Below, piece after piece: positions 38,107 to 51,775 of a stretch of 64,000 bases of DNA (its first letter is position 1; each line of letters begins with the position of its first letter). Origin of the DNA: Octopus sinensis (Eukaryota). The stretch covers positions 48,112,001 to 48,176,000 of the forward strand of contig NC_043012.1 of the NCBI RefSeq assembly GCF_006345805.1. The letters are read 5' to 3'. Below the pieces are notes generated by a model. It saw only the letters and a list, made by a program, of their open reading frames with translations, was not told where the DNA came from and searched no databases. Position numbers and translations under genes: made by a program.

Positions 38107-38479
38107 CATATATATATGTTTATGTATGCATGTGTGTAAGTGTGCGTGCATATGCATATAATTACATCATATTTCCTAGGGCTTCCTATATCTGTAAAAA
38201 TGTCTATCTGATGAGTATTGTTGTTTATATCTTTCTTGATGAGACTGGTATATGGCTGACTATAATTCTTCCTATTATGGACGCAGTTTGAATGCATCCA
38301 TCGAAACATATGTAGAAAATATGAAAATATAAATATTTTAGTAACATCCTAAGCGTTTGTCTGCTTTTTCAATTTTTCATATGTGTGTGTGTGTGTGTGT
38401 GCGTGTGTGAGCGTGTGAGCGTGTGTGTGTGTCTGTGTGTTCATATGACTATATATTCAAATTAGCTTAATATTTATAT

Positions 38480-38535
38480 ATTTGGCACTTTGTAAATTGT
38501 TACCTTTAAAGGTAACAATTTACAAAGTGCCAAAT
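38480..38535. repeat. Perfect 56-bp spacerless palindrome
   Basis: ATTTGGCACTTTGTAAATTGTTACCTTT followed by its exact reverse complement. Confidence 0.97.
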
Positions 38536-39809
38536 GACATTTTTATATTTCCTTTGGATAATTACTTCATGGATATTTCTGGAGGTACTTGTTAGATATT
38601 TTTCTATTTATCGAATGCCGTCGTTTGACCATTTTAGCAGAAAGGGTCATATATAAACATACCATTTTACACCAAAAGTCACCATATATATATACATTAA
38701 CACACAGAGACACCAAATACACGCTATAATACTTCTGAAAGAAACCTTTAGACGAAGTTTTCAAAATCCAGCATGTTTATTTACTTCTCTGATATATCTT
38801 GATGTGTTCTGCTCTCTTCGAAAATGTATATCAACTGTCACTCTTGGAATATTTCAAACATTTTCAAAGTCTTCCTTTGATTTTCAAACACGTTTATTGA
38901 CATCTATTTTTTATAGAGAATTCTATGCTAAGTTAGATATTATTTTATATGATTTTATCATTTGTAGTAGCGCCTAGAATGCATTTTTGACGCCAGCTAA
39001 TACGCCCCAATACGCACAAAGGTATATAATTTGCATAAAGTTATATTTTTAGCCGTTTCAAATCTCATATTAAATATACATTCTGACGTTAATAGACTAG
39101 TGTAAAGTTTTGTACAAAGGTACTACTTGCTAGTATGTATTACTTTTCTCATTGTCGTAGTAGTTTTGTTGATTTTCTTTTAAATGTATTCGTGCCAGCT
39201 CTTATTTCTGCTAAACTAATATATACACAGACAGGAATATTAATTCGATTTGACTATTACTACCAAGAGCCGTCAGAAACCAACAGTTGGATAGTCTTCG
39301 ACATCTATACTCTTGGCCAATTTATACCTTTGATGCTGTCACGGACACATTAAACTTACCGCTGACAAACTAATGTAGGAGACTAATGAATCAATAAGGA
39401 TGCCTGGCCGCGGTCAGTTGACCTGCTAGAAATAACACCCTAGTAATTTTTTAGGATTACCCAGTGTATGGATTCTGCTAACACCTCCAACGAGCATGAT
39501 GAAGTTTTAAATAAAACCGCTGATGAAGTCTGTTAAACTTAAATGCATACTGCCGTATTCAGGAGTGATTGCCATTCTAGAAAATTTGACCTAGTCACGC
39601 AATGACCGAGGAAATGAAGGAGTAGTCATTGAGGAAATGCCTTTTCATATTCAGATGCATTTCGCTGATTTTTTAGCAGTTCAAAAACCCCTTAGATGCT
39701 CCCTCATTTGCGGCTGTGGTGGTAGTAGTGGTGGTGATGATGGTAGTGTTGGTGATGTTGATGTTGCTGTTGTTATTGTTATTAGTAGTAGTGGCGCTAT
39801 TGTAGTTCT

Positions 39810-40495
39810 TGTTATTGAAATTATTGACGTCGTTGATCTGGGAGAGTCTAAGCTGCATTTTTCCGATTCTTTACGTCCTAAGCAGAAATCCCGCGGGTGT
39901 ACGTTGATTTTCATCGTTTCGTGATCGATAAAATAAGTACCAGTTAGTCACTGGAATCAATGTAATCGACTTACCGTCACCCCGATTCTTGCTGGCCTTG
40001 TACCAAAATTTGAAACCGATATTGAAATAGCTAATCTGGGAGAATCTTTAGCGCGTCGGACAAAATGCTTATCGGCATTATATCTGGTTCTTTGCGTCTT
40101 AAAAGAAATCCTGAACTAATTTTTGATGGGGTTTTTTTCCCACCTGGCGAGAAATCCTGAAGTGATCACCTTTGATTTTCAACCTTTCAGACTCGATAGT
40201 TAAAATATCAGGCATGTTCTGGGGTCAGTCTAATCGATTAATCCTCAACTCTAAAAATGCTTGCCTGGCGTAAAAATTTGAAACAATATTGTTGAAAATT
40301 CTAAGGCTTTGCGTTGGTAGAATTGTTAGCACACCGGACAAAATTTCGTCGGTCTTTACGCTCCCAATTCAAATTCTGTCGAGGTCGACTTTGCCTTTCA
40401 TCCCCTCGGTGTCGATAAAATAAGTATCAGATGTAATCGACTTGGTCCCTTTTCACAAACTGCTGGTCTTGAGCCAAAATTTGAAACCAATATTA
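39810..40495 (+). mobile_element. Cluster of about three diverged SINE family B copies
   Basis: Repeated TCGATAAAATAAGTA..GTAATCGACTT..AAATTTGAAAC modules. Confidence 0.7.
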
Positions 40496-40515
40496 TTGAA
40501 AAATGTTTCAAAATA

Positions 40516-40928
40516 GGCGCCGCAGGAGCGGCTGTGTGGTAAGTAGCTTGCTTACCAACCACATGGTTCCGAGTTCAGTCCCACAGCGTGTTACCTTGGG
40601 CAAGTGTCTTATACTATAGCCTCGGGCCGACCAAAGCCTTGTGAGTGTATTTGGTAGATGGAAGCTGAAAGAAGCCCGTCGTATATATGTATATGTATAT
40701 ATGTGTGTGTTTGTGTGCCTGATTTTGTCTCCCCAACATGGCTTGACAACCGATGCTGATGTATTTGCGTCCCTGTAACTTAGCAGTTCGACAAAAGAGA
40801 CCAATAGAATAATTACTAGGCCCACAAAGAATAAGTCCTGGGGTCGATTTGCTAGACTTAAAGGCGGTGTTCTAGCATGGCCGCAGTCAAATGACTAAAA
40901 CAAGTAAAAGAGTAAAAGAGTAAAAGAG
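40516..40928 (+). mobile_element. SINE family A, full length
   Basis: Complete head to a (GTAAAAGA)n tail. Confidence 0.9.
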
Positions 40929-41249
40929 ACTAAACACGGAACTAAATGAATTGCAGTGTTTAGTTGAGTCTCATTTAGTTCCGAGTTCAAATCATGCCGA
41001 AGCTGACTTCACCTTGCCAGTCTTCTTTTTGCTATAATGTAGGTAGCAGCCGTAAAGAAGAAAGATTCAATTAAGATTGCGACGCAATCCTACATTAGTC
41101 TTCGTGTTTCTTTTTCTACTTTTTTCGTTCTTGTTAAAACTAAAGGAAATTCTGGGTAAGGTTCTAACAAAAACAATACAAACATCAATGACTTCACAAG
41201 ATTCGTTTCTTCTAAATTCTTGTATAGAGCAACAAAAAAATTGCGTTTT

Positions 41250-41371
41250 CGTCGTCGTCGTCGTCATAGTAGTAGTAGCAGTAGTATTATTATTATTGTT
41301 GCTGTTGTTGTTGTTGTTATTATTATTATTACCATTAATAATAGTAGTAGTAGTAGTAGTAGTAGTAGTAA

Positions 41372-41407
<36 letters not shown>

Positions 41408-41423
41408 TGGTGGTGGTGGCGGC

Positions 41424-41469
<46 letters not shown>

Positions 41470-41470
41470 A
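41250..41470. repeat. Compound (GTA)n/(TAT)n/(GGT)n microsatellite
   Basis: Read directly from the sequence. Confidence 0.95.
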
Positions 41471-42699
41471 CGTGTAGCCTTAGATAAATCCTGATTAAGA
41501 AGTCCTAGAATCAAAAGCATTACTACGTTGACCACCATATAGCTACATAAAACAAATGTAGAAATGTGTTTAGTAGTCGTAATTCTTGTTGTTGCTTAGC
41601 CTCAGTTTAGCTCAAACTATGAAGAACTAACATTACAAGCATTCCAGTAATAACCATCTCAATGCCGTCGTTATCCATGCTAGTTTATAAGGGTTACATT
41701 ATTGTTTGCAAACTCAGATCTTTGCATGTTTATGTATGATTTAAGAGCAGTTCCTATTTCTAGCACATCAAGCTAGAAATCTTAAGTTTAGTCTATGTTA
41801 TGTCGTAGATGCCACGTAAGCGACGACGTTCAGATTTATATAGTGTAGGGACTTCAAATAGCTTCAATATGTTTCTAGTTTAATCTTACTTTTCTGGCGG
41901 TTGTTACTTTATATTCTAATATTGAATCTCACACTAATACTTCAACATTTCTTATATAGATATACTTGAATTACTTCTTTTATATAAACTGAGTTCTTCA
42001 CTCAGGCATTGCTTGCAACACTATCGTTGTTATTGTTACTATCGGTTTTCTTGTTATTATTTTCGTTGCGGTGCAATCTGTGCCAAATCTGGTTAAGTAG
42101 ATCTATGGCAAGGAAGCTGACAATCAAATGTTTTAGTGGTTGGTTACATTCTTTCATCTTAATTTGCTATGAGTTGTAAATTTGTCTATCACAAAGGGAT
42201 GAAAGGATGAATCAGCCTTAGCAGGATTCAAATTTAAAAAGAAAAAAGCGAAAATTGAGGAACAACTAATTAATTGTTGTGTCTAGACATATACTTCAAG
42301 CCATAGACTTGCTCTAAAGAAATGCAAATTGAATAACTATTATCGTCAAATTATAAACACTACACTATACATTAAAGAGAATTCAAAGATTAGGGGAATA
42401 ATACATTCTTTATAAACAGGAACATCATTGAAGAGTCAGCGATGTTACTGTTTGTAAAGAATCAAAAAGAGTCCAAGAATCCTAGATGCTTTGTGAGAGA
42501 TTCAAAACCAAATTTTTACAGTGTTTCGGGTTTTAGATAAATAGAAAGATATATTTCAAAGCAGGAAGTTATTCATATATAGATAGAAAATGCAAAACAG
42601 CTGGGGAGGGGATTACAGCAATTAAATATTGGATATTTATATTATATTAATAAATGACTGTTCTCTAAGTTCAAACGTTCTCTGCCTTTATTGACTGAG

Positions 42700-42880
<181 letters not shown>

Positions 42881-43767
42881 AATTAAATTAATAGCAGCAA
42901 CATCAACAATAACAATAATCTCCATTTCATAGCTGGAAAAATCTCTACTTCAATAATTTATTTTTAATCTGACTGAGGTACTCTACCATTGTGTCACAGA
43001 AACGTTAATTAATTAATTGATAATTAAAAGTGATCGTTTGATTGAGTATTCATTGAAGGTCTTTCTTTTTTTCTTCTTTTTTTATAATGGATTTAATCTG
43101 AAATCACAATGGGAAATGAAGCTATAGTTAGTTTAGTTTACTGATGTTTAGCTTTCTAAGAAGCTATTCCTTTGCAGTTTTAGAATACTGCTTTTAGTCG
43201 GTCAACATAGACTTGAATATTAATATATTACTTGGTACTTTCTTTATCGATCAATTATATTCCACTAATCAATCGCTTACGTACTACAAACACACACATA
43301 CACACAGATATGGGTATAGAGGTTATGTGTGTGTAATGTGTGTGTCTTTGTATGCACAATCAAAATTGTGCACGCCCATTCATATAAATTGATACACACG
43401 CGCTCAGACGCACAACCGGCTCCAGAATACTTTCATTGGTCCCCGAAATGTCGGTCTACTCATAAAAAAGCAGTCAGCCCGTAGATGTGAAGCACATTCT
43501 GCACCACATAGTTATGCTTGTACCTACGCTGCAGTGGCGGGGTTTAAAACGGAAAATAAACTATAAGAAATAATCAACACAAAAGTAAATATCACAGCCG
43601 AAAATTATATCACTAAGCTGTAAAAGTAAAGGTTACATGAAGGCCATAAATATTATCAATCATTTGAGAATTTTCCGTTTTGTCTTCTCTGTTTTTATCT
43701 TTCCTATATTAACTTCAATTCAATCACTATATCTGATATATTTTGACGTGGTTGAAATTGTTATGTG

Positions 43768-44075
43768 AAGGCGCGTGGTTTAGTGGTCAGGGAATTCGTC
43801 TCACTATTGTTAGATAGTATGCTCGGTTTCCGCAGCGGGTTCTGTCCCTGAGCAAGACACTTTATTTCACGTTACTCCAGTCTATTCAATTGGCAAAAAG
43901 GAGTAGGACCTGTAATTGAAAGGGCCAGCCTTGTAACACTAAATATCCTTGAGAATTTCGTTAAGTGTTCACGTGTCTGTGGAGTGCACAGCCACATGTA
44001 CCCTTATTTCACGAGCAGATTGCTCCATTGAACGGATCAACTGGAACACTCGTCGTCGTATCCGACAGAGTGTCA
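43768..44075 (+). mobile_element. tRNA-derived SINE, family C (CORE-like middle)
   Basis: GGCGCGTGGTTTAGTGGTCAGGG head, then TCCCTGAGCAAGACACTTTATTTCACGTTACTCCAG. Confidence 0.75.
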
Positions 44076-44379
44076 AGTTTAACTGTTATTGTTTTTTTTT
44101 AATTAATCCATAATGCACCTGGCCATATATAATTCCATCTATGACTATCTTGTCATATGGGTTTCAAGACTGCACCATGTTCTCACTTCTGTATCTTCTG
44201 TTCTTTGTCTGTTTCAGTCAATGAACTACGTCCATGCTGGGGCATCACCTTGGAAGGCTTTTAGTCGAACAAAACCACATTAGTAATTAGTTTTAAGACT
44301 AGTATTTATTTTATGGGGCTCTTTTACCAAATTGCTATGTTACGGGAACGTTAACAAACCAACAACACCATATATATAT

Positions 44380-44530
44380 TTCCACATAGTTTAAACCTAC
44401 CAAATTCATATACAAAACATTAGTTGGAATCGGGGCTATAATAGAAGTCACTTGACCATTTCGCCGCGGGTCTGAACCCTAAACCAAGAGGCTGGCGAGC
44501 GAGCTTCTTAACCCCACAGCCATGCCTGTG
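44380..44530 (-). mobile_element. SINE family A head, diverged
   Basis: Reverse complement of the head (CACAGCCATGCCTG). Confidence 0.65.
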
Positions 44531-44599
44531 TTTTATATTGAGTTCACGTCATTTTCTATTTAATTGGTTTTGTATTTACATAATTTATGTAAATCCATA

Positions 44600-44767
44600 T
44601 TTAAGAGATGAGGAATTATGTACATTATCTACATCTTGTTTGTTGTTAATCAGGTGTCTGTTGTTATTATTATTATTGATATTATAATTATTTAGGTCAC
44701 TGCCTGGAATTGAACTCCGAATCTTGGTGTTAGTGGCCTGCGCTCTTAACCACAACGCCATATGCCC
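44600..44767 (-). mobile_element. tRNA-head SINE with (AAT) linker and hammerhead-deleted tail
   Basis: Minus strand GGGCATATGGCGTTGTGGTTAAGAGCGC..GAGTTCAATTCCAGGCAGTGACC (A and B boxes), then AAT repeats, then GACACCTGAT|TAACAACAAACAAGATG. Confidence 0.75.
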
Positions 44768-44876
44768 GTTATTATGGAGTGAATTTTAGGGCTTATAAAT
44801 CTAATATTCTCTTATCTTTTCTTAGACCTGAATAATGATAATAATAATAATGATGATGATGATGATGATGATGATG

Positions 44877-44940
<64 letters not shown>

Positions 44941-44981
44941 CAACAACAACAACAACAACAACAATAATAATAATAATAATA

Positions 44982-45086
44982 ATGTGCCTGGTGTACCTTT
45001 ATCAGACGGGTAGTCATGATGGGTATATTGGGCTTCGTATATTTTACCCCAGTGTCACTTTGATAGCATGCACTGCTCTCTCACTC
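44982..45086 (+). mobile_element. 3' fragment of the (AAT)n-inserted element seen at 4329-4889
   Basis: Near-identical to about 4785-4889; flanked by (AAT)n. Confidence 0.85.
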
Positions 45087-45182
45087 AATAATAATAATAA
45101 TAATAATAATAACAACAACAACAATAACAACAATATTGAAAAATATCTTAGGAATGAGAACTCAGGTTCGAAATTTCCCCGT

Positions 45183-45228
45183 GATACCTGATGAAGTCTG
45201 GAGAGTATATCAGCCGAAACGTTGTGTT
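45183..45228 (+). ncRNA. Minimal type I hammerhead motif (GUU site after 45223)
   Basis: GATAC CTGATGA A GTCTGG AGAGTATA TCAGCC GAAACGTT GTGTT; loopless palindromic stem III (ACGT); one stem II mismatch. Confidence 0.7.
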
Positions 45229-45824
45229 AACAACAAACAAGATTAGGACAAATATCCGTCAAATGTAAATAATATAGATACTGTACATAATTTATGATGA
45301 ACGTTGAATGAGTATAAGAATAGCCAAATACATTCTATTTATGATCAACCGCCAATTTCAAGTTTTGTTTGCTTGACAGCGCCATAAGTGGTGTCCTGTT
45401 GTTTTTAAGACATTCGTATCAGATCTGCAAAAAAAAAAAAAACTTGGCTGCAATTTATTGCAGTACGATCGATCAGACAGAGACACTGTCGTTGGACGGT
45501 CATGTCGCCGTACTCTCTTAAATCAAGATGATTAAATAATGCAGTGTAAGATTTTCTTTCAAAATAGAATATCGTCGTGGCTGAAATGTTTCTGGGCATT
45601 GGTCTGCTCAATCAGAAGTAATTCAGAACTAAACAACAACAACGTCTGTAATGACACCAACAACAACCATTAATATTTGACAATGTCATCTGGTTCTGAG
45701 ATAATTCACTCCTGGTAGAATAACAAATTGTAGTATATGAAGGCGTAAAATACGATTCCACTTCGCTTTTGACCAAATAAACATATTATTCACAAAATAT
45801 TCCAGGTGATTGGTTTGGTAAGCG

Positions 45825-45999
45825 GCATAGGCGTGCCTGTGGGTTAACAAGCGAGCTTCCAAGCCACATGGTTCCTGGTTCTGTCCAATTGTGTGGGACC
45901 TAGGGTAGGTGTCTTCTACTATAGCCTCGGGTCGACCAAAACATTCTGAAAGGATTTGGAAGAAGGAAACTAAAAGAATCCCGTGATACACACACACGT

Positions 46000-46035
<36 letters not shown>

Positions 46036-46215
46036 CTGTGTGCGCCTTTGTGTGTGTGTTTACGTCCCCATAATTTAGCAGTTCAACAACAGAGACCGAT
46101 AGCATAAGTACTGGGTTTAAAAAAGAATTCTTGCAGTCGATTTGTTCGACTAAAACCCTTCAAATCGGAGTCCCATCATGGTGACAGAACTGAAGCAAAT
46201 AAAAGGTAAAAAGAC
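45825..46215 (+). mobile_element. SINE family A, diverged
   Basis: Head, (TG)n and tail. Confidence 0.8.
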
Positions 46216-46351
46216 AAGAGAGTAGACGGTGAATTGACAAAGTCGTTAGAAAGCAGATAAAATGTCTTGTAATAAAGCAGGGAATATGTTCTGAATCATT
46301 ATGCACTAACTTCCATCTTACTGAGATTAACTTCGTTTCCCTTCATTTCAG

Positions 46352-46546
46352 ATTGGATTAGAATACTAGCCGGGGGAGCTGGTTCAGGCACGATTCCATG
46401 TGGTACTTCCTTAGGCACTTATCATGCTGCGATTTTGAGCAGTAGACTTAATTCACCACTTGATTTTACACCACCAACTGACTCTCGGCTGTTTTTTGAG
46501 ACGTTCGCTGTGTTGCAAGCATTTGAACCAGGTTTCAGGTTTGAAG
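46352..46546 (+). CDS. Candidate internal coding exon, product unknown
   Basis: Acceptor CTTCGTTTCCCTTCATTTCAG|, open frame WIRILAGGAGSGTIPCGTSLGTYHAAILSSRL..FEPGFRFEG, possible donor GAAG|GTAGTT. Not recognised as any family. Confidence 0.25.
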
Positions 46547-47085
46547 GTAGTTTCAGAAGAAATAACGCATCTTGTGTGCTACACCCCACACTTACCTCAT
46601 CAAAAAATTAAGATTCTAAAGAAAAAATCCATTAGATCGATGCTGATGTTAATTTTTTTGCCATAGATTTGTGGTAGTTGGTGTTGTTGCGGTCTTCATT
46701 GTTTTTCTTTCTCTTCTCGGGATTGTTGATTAACTCTTGGTCAACAAATCATCGAGGAGACCTATAGACAAGTGCATTTTATATATAAGTATCACATTTC
46801 TTTTACGGAAATACTGTTTCCAATATATTGCATTATGGAATTAATCCTTCCGATTTAAAGATGACAGATGTGATCCGGGAGCAAATGGCTGCATCTAAGT
46901 GGTTGTACAACCTTATAGATATTCCTGTAACTGGACAAAATGAAGTCATATTTTACAGTTTGTTTTGAGTGGGTAAGAAAAGTTAATGTTTTACAATGGT
47001 GCTGCAGTTGTTGGTATTTGTTCGTTGGAGGAAGCATAAACTTTATTCTAGCACATTGACAAGTAACAAGTCCCTTAACCCCTAG

Positions 47086-47665
47086 CATAATAGGCATAGT
47101 GATTTGGGATGGAGAAGTGAAACCGTACCATTGTAGAAATCACCAGCGGATGAAGATCAGTGAGAAAGAGAATACCTACCCTGAACTGTTGAGAAATGTG
47201 CGTAATTATTGAGGTGCTAGGATATGTAACCCACGAAATACCAATCTTAAGAAAGTAGGCTTCTCAAAACCAGAAAGGAGAAAGTTGATTCGAGCACTAC
47301 AGATACAGGCCATCACTGGAACTGTAAAAATCTGCAAACTTTTCAGAAGGTTATTATTTAAGTATATATGCGCATGTCTGAAAAGGCAACTATATAAATA
47401 AAAGAAGTCATGCATAAAACAAAATACAAATCTGTAAATGAACTAACTCTACATACATACAAACTCTGTTGATGTTGGTGAAATTCCAATGAAAGAGCCT
47501 TATCCGCTATACATACATACATGCATACATACATACATACATACATACATACATACATACATACATACATACATACATGCATACACACATACATACATAG
47601 ACACATATACCCACATATAAAATCACATATATGTATATATGTATTTATATATATATGTGTGTGTT

Positions 47666-47704
<39 letters not shown>

Positions 47705-47856
47705 ATAGAGAGATAGAGAGAGAGAGAAGAGAAAGAGGGAAAAAAGAGAGAGAAAAAGAGATACATATATGTAATTCATATATATGGATGTCTGTGTATT
47801 CATGTGCATGTGTCTGTCAATTTGTATGTACGTATGCATGTATATATGCATCTATG
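47086..47856 (+). repeat. Inverted duplicate of 53173-53981 (RLE retrotransposon 3' end plus flank)
   Basis: Reverse-complement match that includes shared frameshift lesions and flanking microsatellites. Confidence 0.93.
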
Positions 47857-47914
47857 CATCCAAGCAATGTATCTAGGGCGAAATAGCCTGATGGAGCCCA
47901 TCCTTCACCAGGCT

Positions 47915-48062
47915 AAGCTTAATTTTACAGCTGAGTGAACTGGAGCAACGTGAAGTGAAGTGTTTTGCCTAAGAACACAACACATCGCGGGTTCCAGTAA
48001 TCGAAATTACCAACGTACGATCGTAAGTCCAACATCCTAACCACTAAGCCACGCGTTTTCAC
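47915..48062 (-). mobile_element. SINE family C fragment
   Basis: Reverse complement of GGCTTAGTGGTTAGG..TGTGTTCTTAGGCAAAACACTTCACTTCACGTTGCTCCAGTTCACTCAGCTG. Confidence 0.75.
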
Positions 48063-49310
48063 TTAAGCCATGCATTACATCATAATGCGTTGTAGTCTAC
48101 GATTCTTCATAAATTCTATTAGCATTTAATGAGTGGTGCATTTGCCGAATCGCGGAAACCATGGAAGCGAACGCGTTGAGATATTTATTCCGGTTGTTTA
48201 AGTTCTATGTTTAAATCCCGAAAAAAAAAACTACACCTTTTCCCTTTCATACTATCGGGATTGATAATCTAAAGTAGCAGCCAAGTGATAGGGCCTACAT
48301 AATCGTCTGTTCTTTTCAACTAAAATTTCAGCCCTTACATATATCCACTCTACAATTTAATATAAAAATCTTTCTTGGTGAGTATAATATTAGAAAATAT
48401 ATAACAAAAAGCAAACTGATGCTAAGAGCAAGAGAATATATTGATGGATGGTTCACAACTAAAAACTACCCTCAATTCACTTTTCTTTTTCAAATTTGTT
48501 TTTATATAATAGAATCAGTAAATTGATATACTTGACACTTTGCATTCGCAACGTCTTTTTCATTTTCCGGAAAAGAAAAAATATTTGGATTATATCTCTT
48601 ATGAGGGTATTATTTATGAAAATAATACATAGACAGAATTGAAAATATAAGTTGCTTGAACGTAAAAGGATAAAAAGATGTCAATATATTTATATTTTAA
48701 ATAAAAACTTCTGCCCGAAGCACAAACAGCTACTTATGAAAATTAATGTGTGCAGGTATGTTTCGTTGTCTGTACGTGCATTTGTGTGTGTGTGTATGTG
48801 TCAGAGTATGTGTATGTCTGTGCGTGTGAGAGAGAAAGGTGGGGAGAGAAAGAGAAAGAAATAGTGTCTGTATGTGTGTTGAATATATACGTGTAGATGT
48901 AAGAAGATTAATTTGTGAGTTTGTTGTTGAAACTGTGTATATAAGTGCTTACATACCGAAGTGTGTGAGCGTCTGTGTGTATATGGATAGGCAACTGTGA
49001 GGTATATTATGATGAAATGTATGAAAATACGGAAATATTTCTACATCATAGCTGTATACTTACGTCTATATATTGACATTTTTTGCATGAACATTTACTG
49101 TATCATATATTATTTGTGTGGGTTGTTATGTAAGCGCAGTACATGGCTATATACACGTGCACTGGAGGTGGCATGTACATCAGATGAAGTAACATTCTGG
49201 GCACATATGAAAGAGATAGCTCATCGCCGTTGCTGCCACTTTATTCCATTTTCCCTAATCGAGTTGCTTTTTAACAGACACCTGTAAATGCATTGCATGT
49301 GAAAGTGTAC

Positions 49311-49394
<84 letters not shown>

Positions 49395-49560
49395 GCATGT
49401 ATATACATATACATATATGTACATATGAATACGTATATGTTAATGCATGCATATATATACATATTCAAGCCATATGTTGAATATATATAAATGTATATAT
49501 CTATATATATACACGCTCACATATATGTGTGTATATGTCTGTGTATGAGTGCGTATGTAC

Positions 49561-49606
<46 letters not shown>

Positions 49607-49654
49607 ATATATATATAAATATATGTGTATATATATATATATAAATATATGTGC

Positions 49655-49705
<51 letters not shown>

Positions 49706-50267
49706 TCACCACCTTTCTCTATGTTTCTTTGTCCTTCTCCCTTTCTTGTGGAAGTAAATACCTGTACAGTCTAAGTATCTAAGTGTGTCTCTCACCCTCT
49801 TCGCTGTCACTATCATCTCTGTAATAGTTAAGTAAAATACATCAATGACGGAGCCACATTTTTAAAGGGCAATTCTAGATTTAGATGGCAATCATAGCAT
49901 CGGCTGAATTTTTATTTGATCATTTTAAACTGCAATCCTTAATCGCATGAGGTCACGCATCCACGTCTGTTTGATCCTTTCTATATCTTCCTTTGATCTT
50001 TCATCAATATGGCTTCTAGTAAAATATATATTTTCATGTTGTCTGCCAGAATACCTACTCTCTTCCATTACGCACTGACTGATGCTTTTTCAATAACCAC
50101 ACATCATCTATCTGGTGATATGTATGTGTGTAGGTTTGCCTCTACATACGTAAAGTGTATGTAATGTAATACATACGTATACATATATATATATATATAC
50201 TTACATATATATATGTATGCGTGTTTGTATGAACAGGTAGGTAGATCGGTTGAAATCTCTCTCTGTC

Positions 50268-50309
<42 letters not shown>

Positions 50310-50589
50310 TGTATCATATGTGTATATAATGATGTATGTAAGAGTGTTTGTATGAGTGTCTGTGTGTAATGTACTTATATATGTATTTATACAGAGGTAG
50401 GTCTATTAGTAAATGTATTGATAGAAATACACATCATATACATACGTAAGTAAATATATACTCTCATAAGCCGATACATACAAACATAGAAGAAAGCGAA
50501 AATTCTAGTCCGCACTTACTTGCACAGGTACGCACTGGTATATAGGTTCATATATATACGATGTATAAAGCACATACATATAAACACAG

Positions 50590-50630
<41 letters not shown>

Positions 50631-50667
50631 ACAGGCCACTGATTTGTCTGTGAATGTGCGTGCGTGT

Positions 50668-50710
<43 letters not shown>

Positions 50711-50949
50711 TAGTTTGTGTTTATCGAAAAATTCATACTTTGTAAGTAGAACTTGCATAGACTCAATCATTTCAGTGTTAGTATTTGTCTGATCAAACAG
50801 TTCTATTGGAATTACCATATTATAGTATAAGATCTAGCTAGTTCGGTGGTAGTAGTGTTATGTCTTCCACTACTACCATCACCACTATTATCAATCGTTG
50901 TCTTCGTCGTCATCGTCTCCATTATTATTGCCATCAATAATGTCATAGC

Positions 50950-50951
50950 TC

Positions 50952-51020
<69 letters not shown>

Positions 51021-51245
51021 TTCATCTTCATCATTGTCATCATCCTCATCGTCATCATCGTCATCATCATCATCATCATCACTAACAACATCGCCAGCAC
51101 TACCACCACCATCATCAACCATCATCATGATTGTCGTCATCGTCGTCAACATCGTCATTATCGTCATCATTGACTTTATCATTATACTCACCATCATCTT
51201 CATCCTCATCGCTGTCATCGTCTTCGTCATGATAATCATAATCGT
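50950..51245. repeat. (CAT)n/(CAC)n/(CGT)n microsatellite
   Basis: Read directly; source of poly-H/D/M ORFs. Confidence 0.95.
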
Positions 51246-51619
51246 TATCAACATCCAGAGCCCAAGAAAATGCTTTAATTTTCCACTTCCTGTTCATTCA
51301 AAATCCAGAACATCGTTATATGTTGTGCCTTCCCACTTTTCCCCATAGTGTGCTAGTCCAAATATAGTTTGAATTACATGTGCCAAGGGTAATTTTAGAG
51401 TGCAAGTTGCTACGTCAAAGAGACATTAGAAATCCCCACTGTCGTGTCAGCAATAAATATCAAGATACGAAATATCTACAAAGAAAATACAGAATGTTCA
51501 TAGTTGTAGCACATTTCAATGTAGATCCGCTGATTCAGTGCTGATCTGGGATTAAACAACATCAGCCATTACACTAACATCATTAAAGACACGAAGAAAA
51601 GCAGCTCGCACACAAAGAA

Positions 51620-51775
51620 ACGCAGAATCGTTAGCAGTGCGTGTCTTGAGTCCAAATTCTGCTGTGATCGACTTTGCCTTTCATCTTTCCGGCCTCGATA
51701 AAATAAGTAGCAGTTCATCACTGGGACCGATGTAATCGACTTACCCCCTCTCCCAAAATAACTGGTCTTTTACAA
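51620..51775 (+). mobile_element. SINE family B, diverged
   Basis: GCAGAATCGTTAGCA..GATCGACTTTGCCTTTCATC..GATGTAATCGACTTA. Confidence 0.75.

Noticed and set aside
39518-39552. CTGATGA AGT..ACT TAAATGCATA
   Set aside because: G12 is absent and stem I does not pair.
43430-43545. CCAAT-like and GC-box motifs as a promoter
   Set aside because: Short motifs alone are not adequate evidence.
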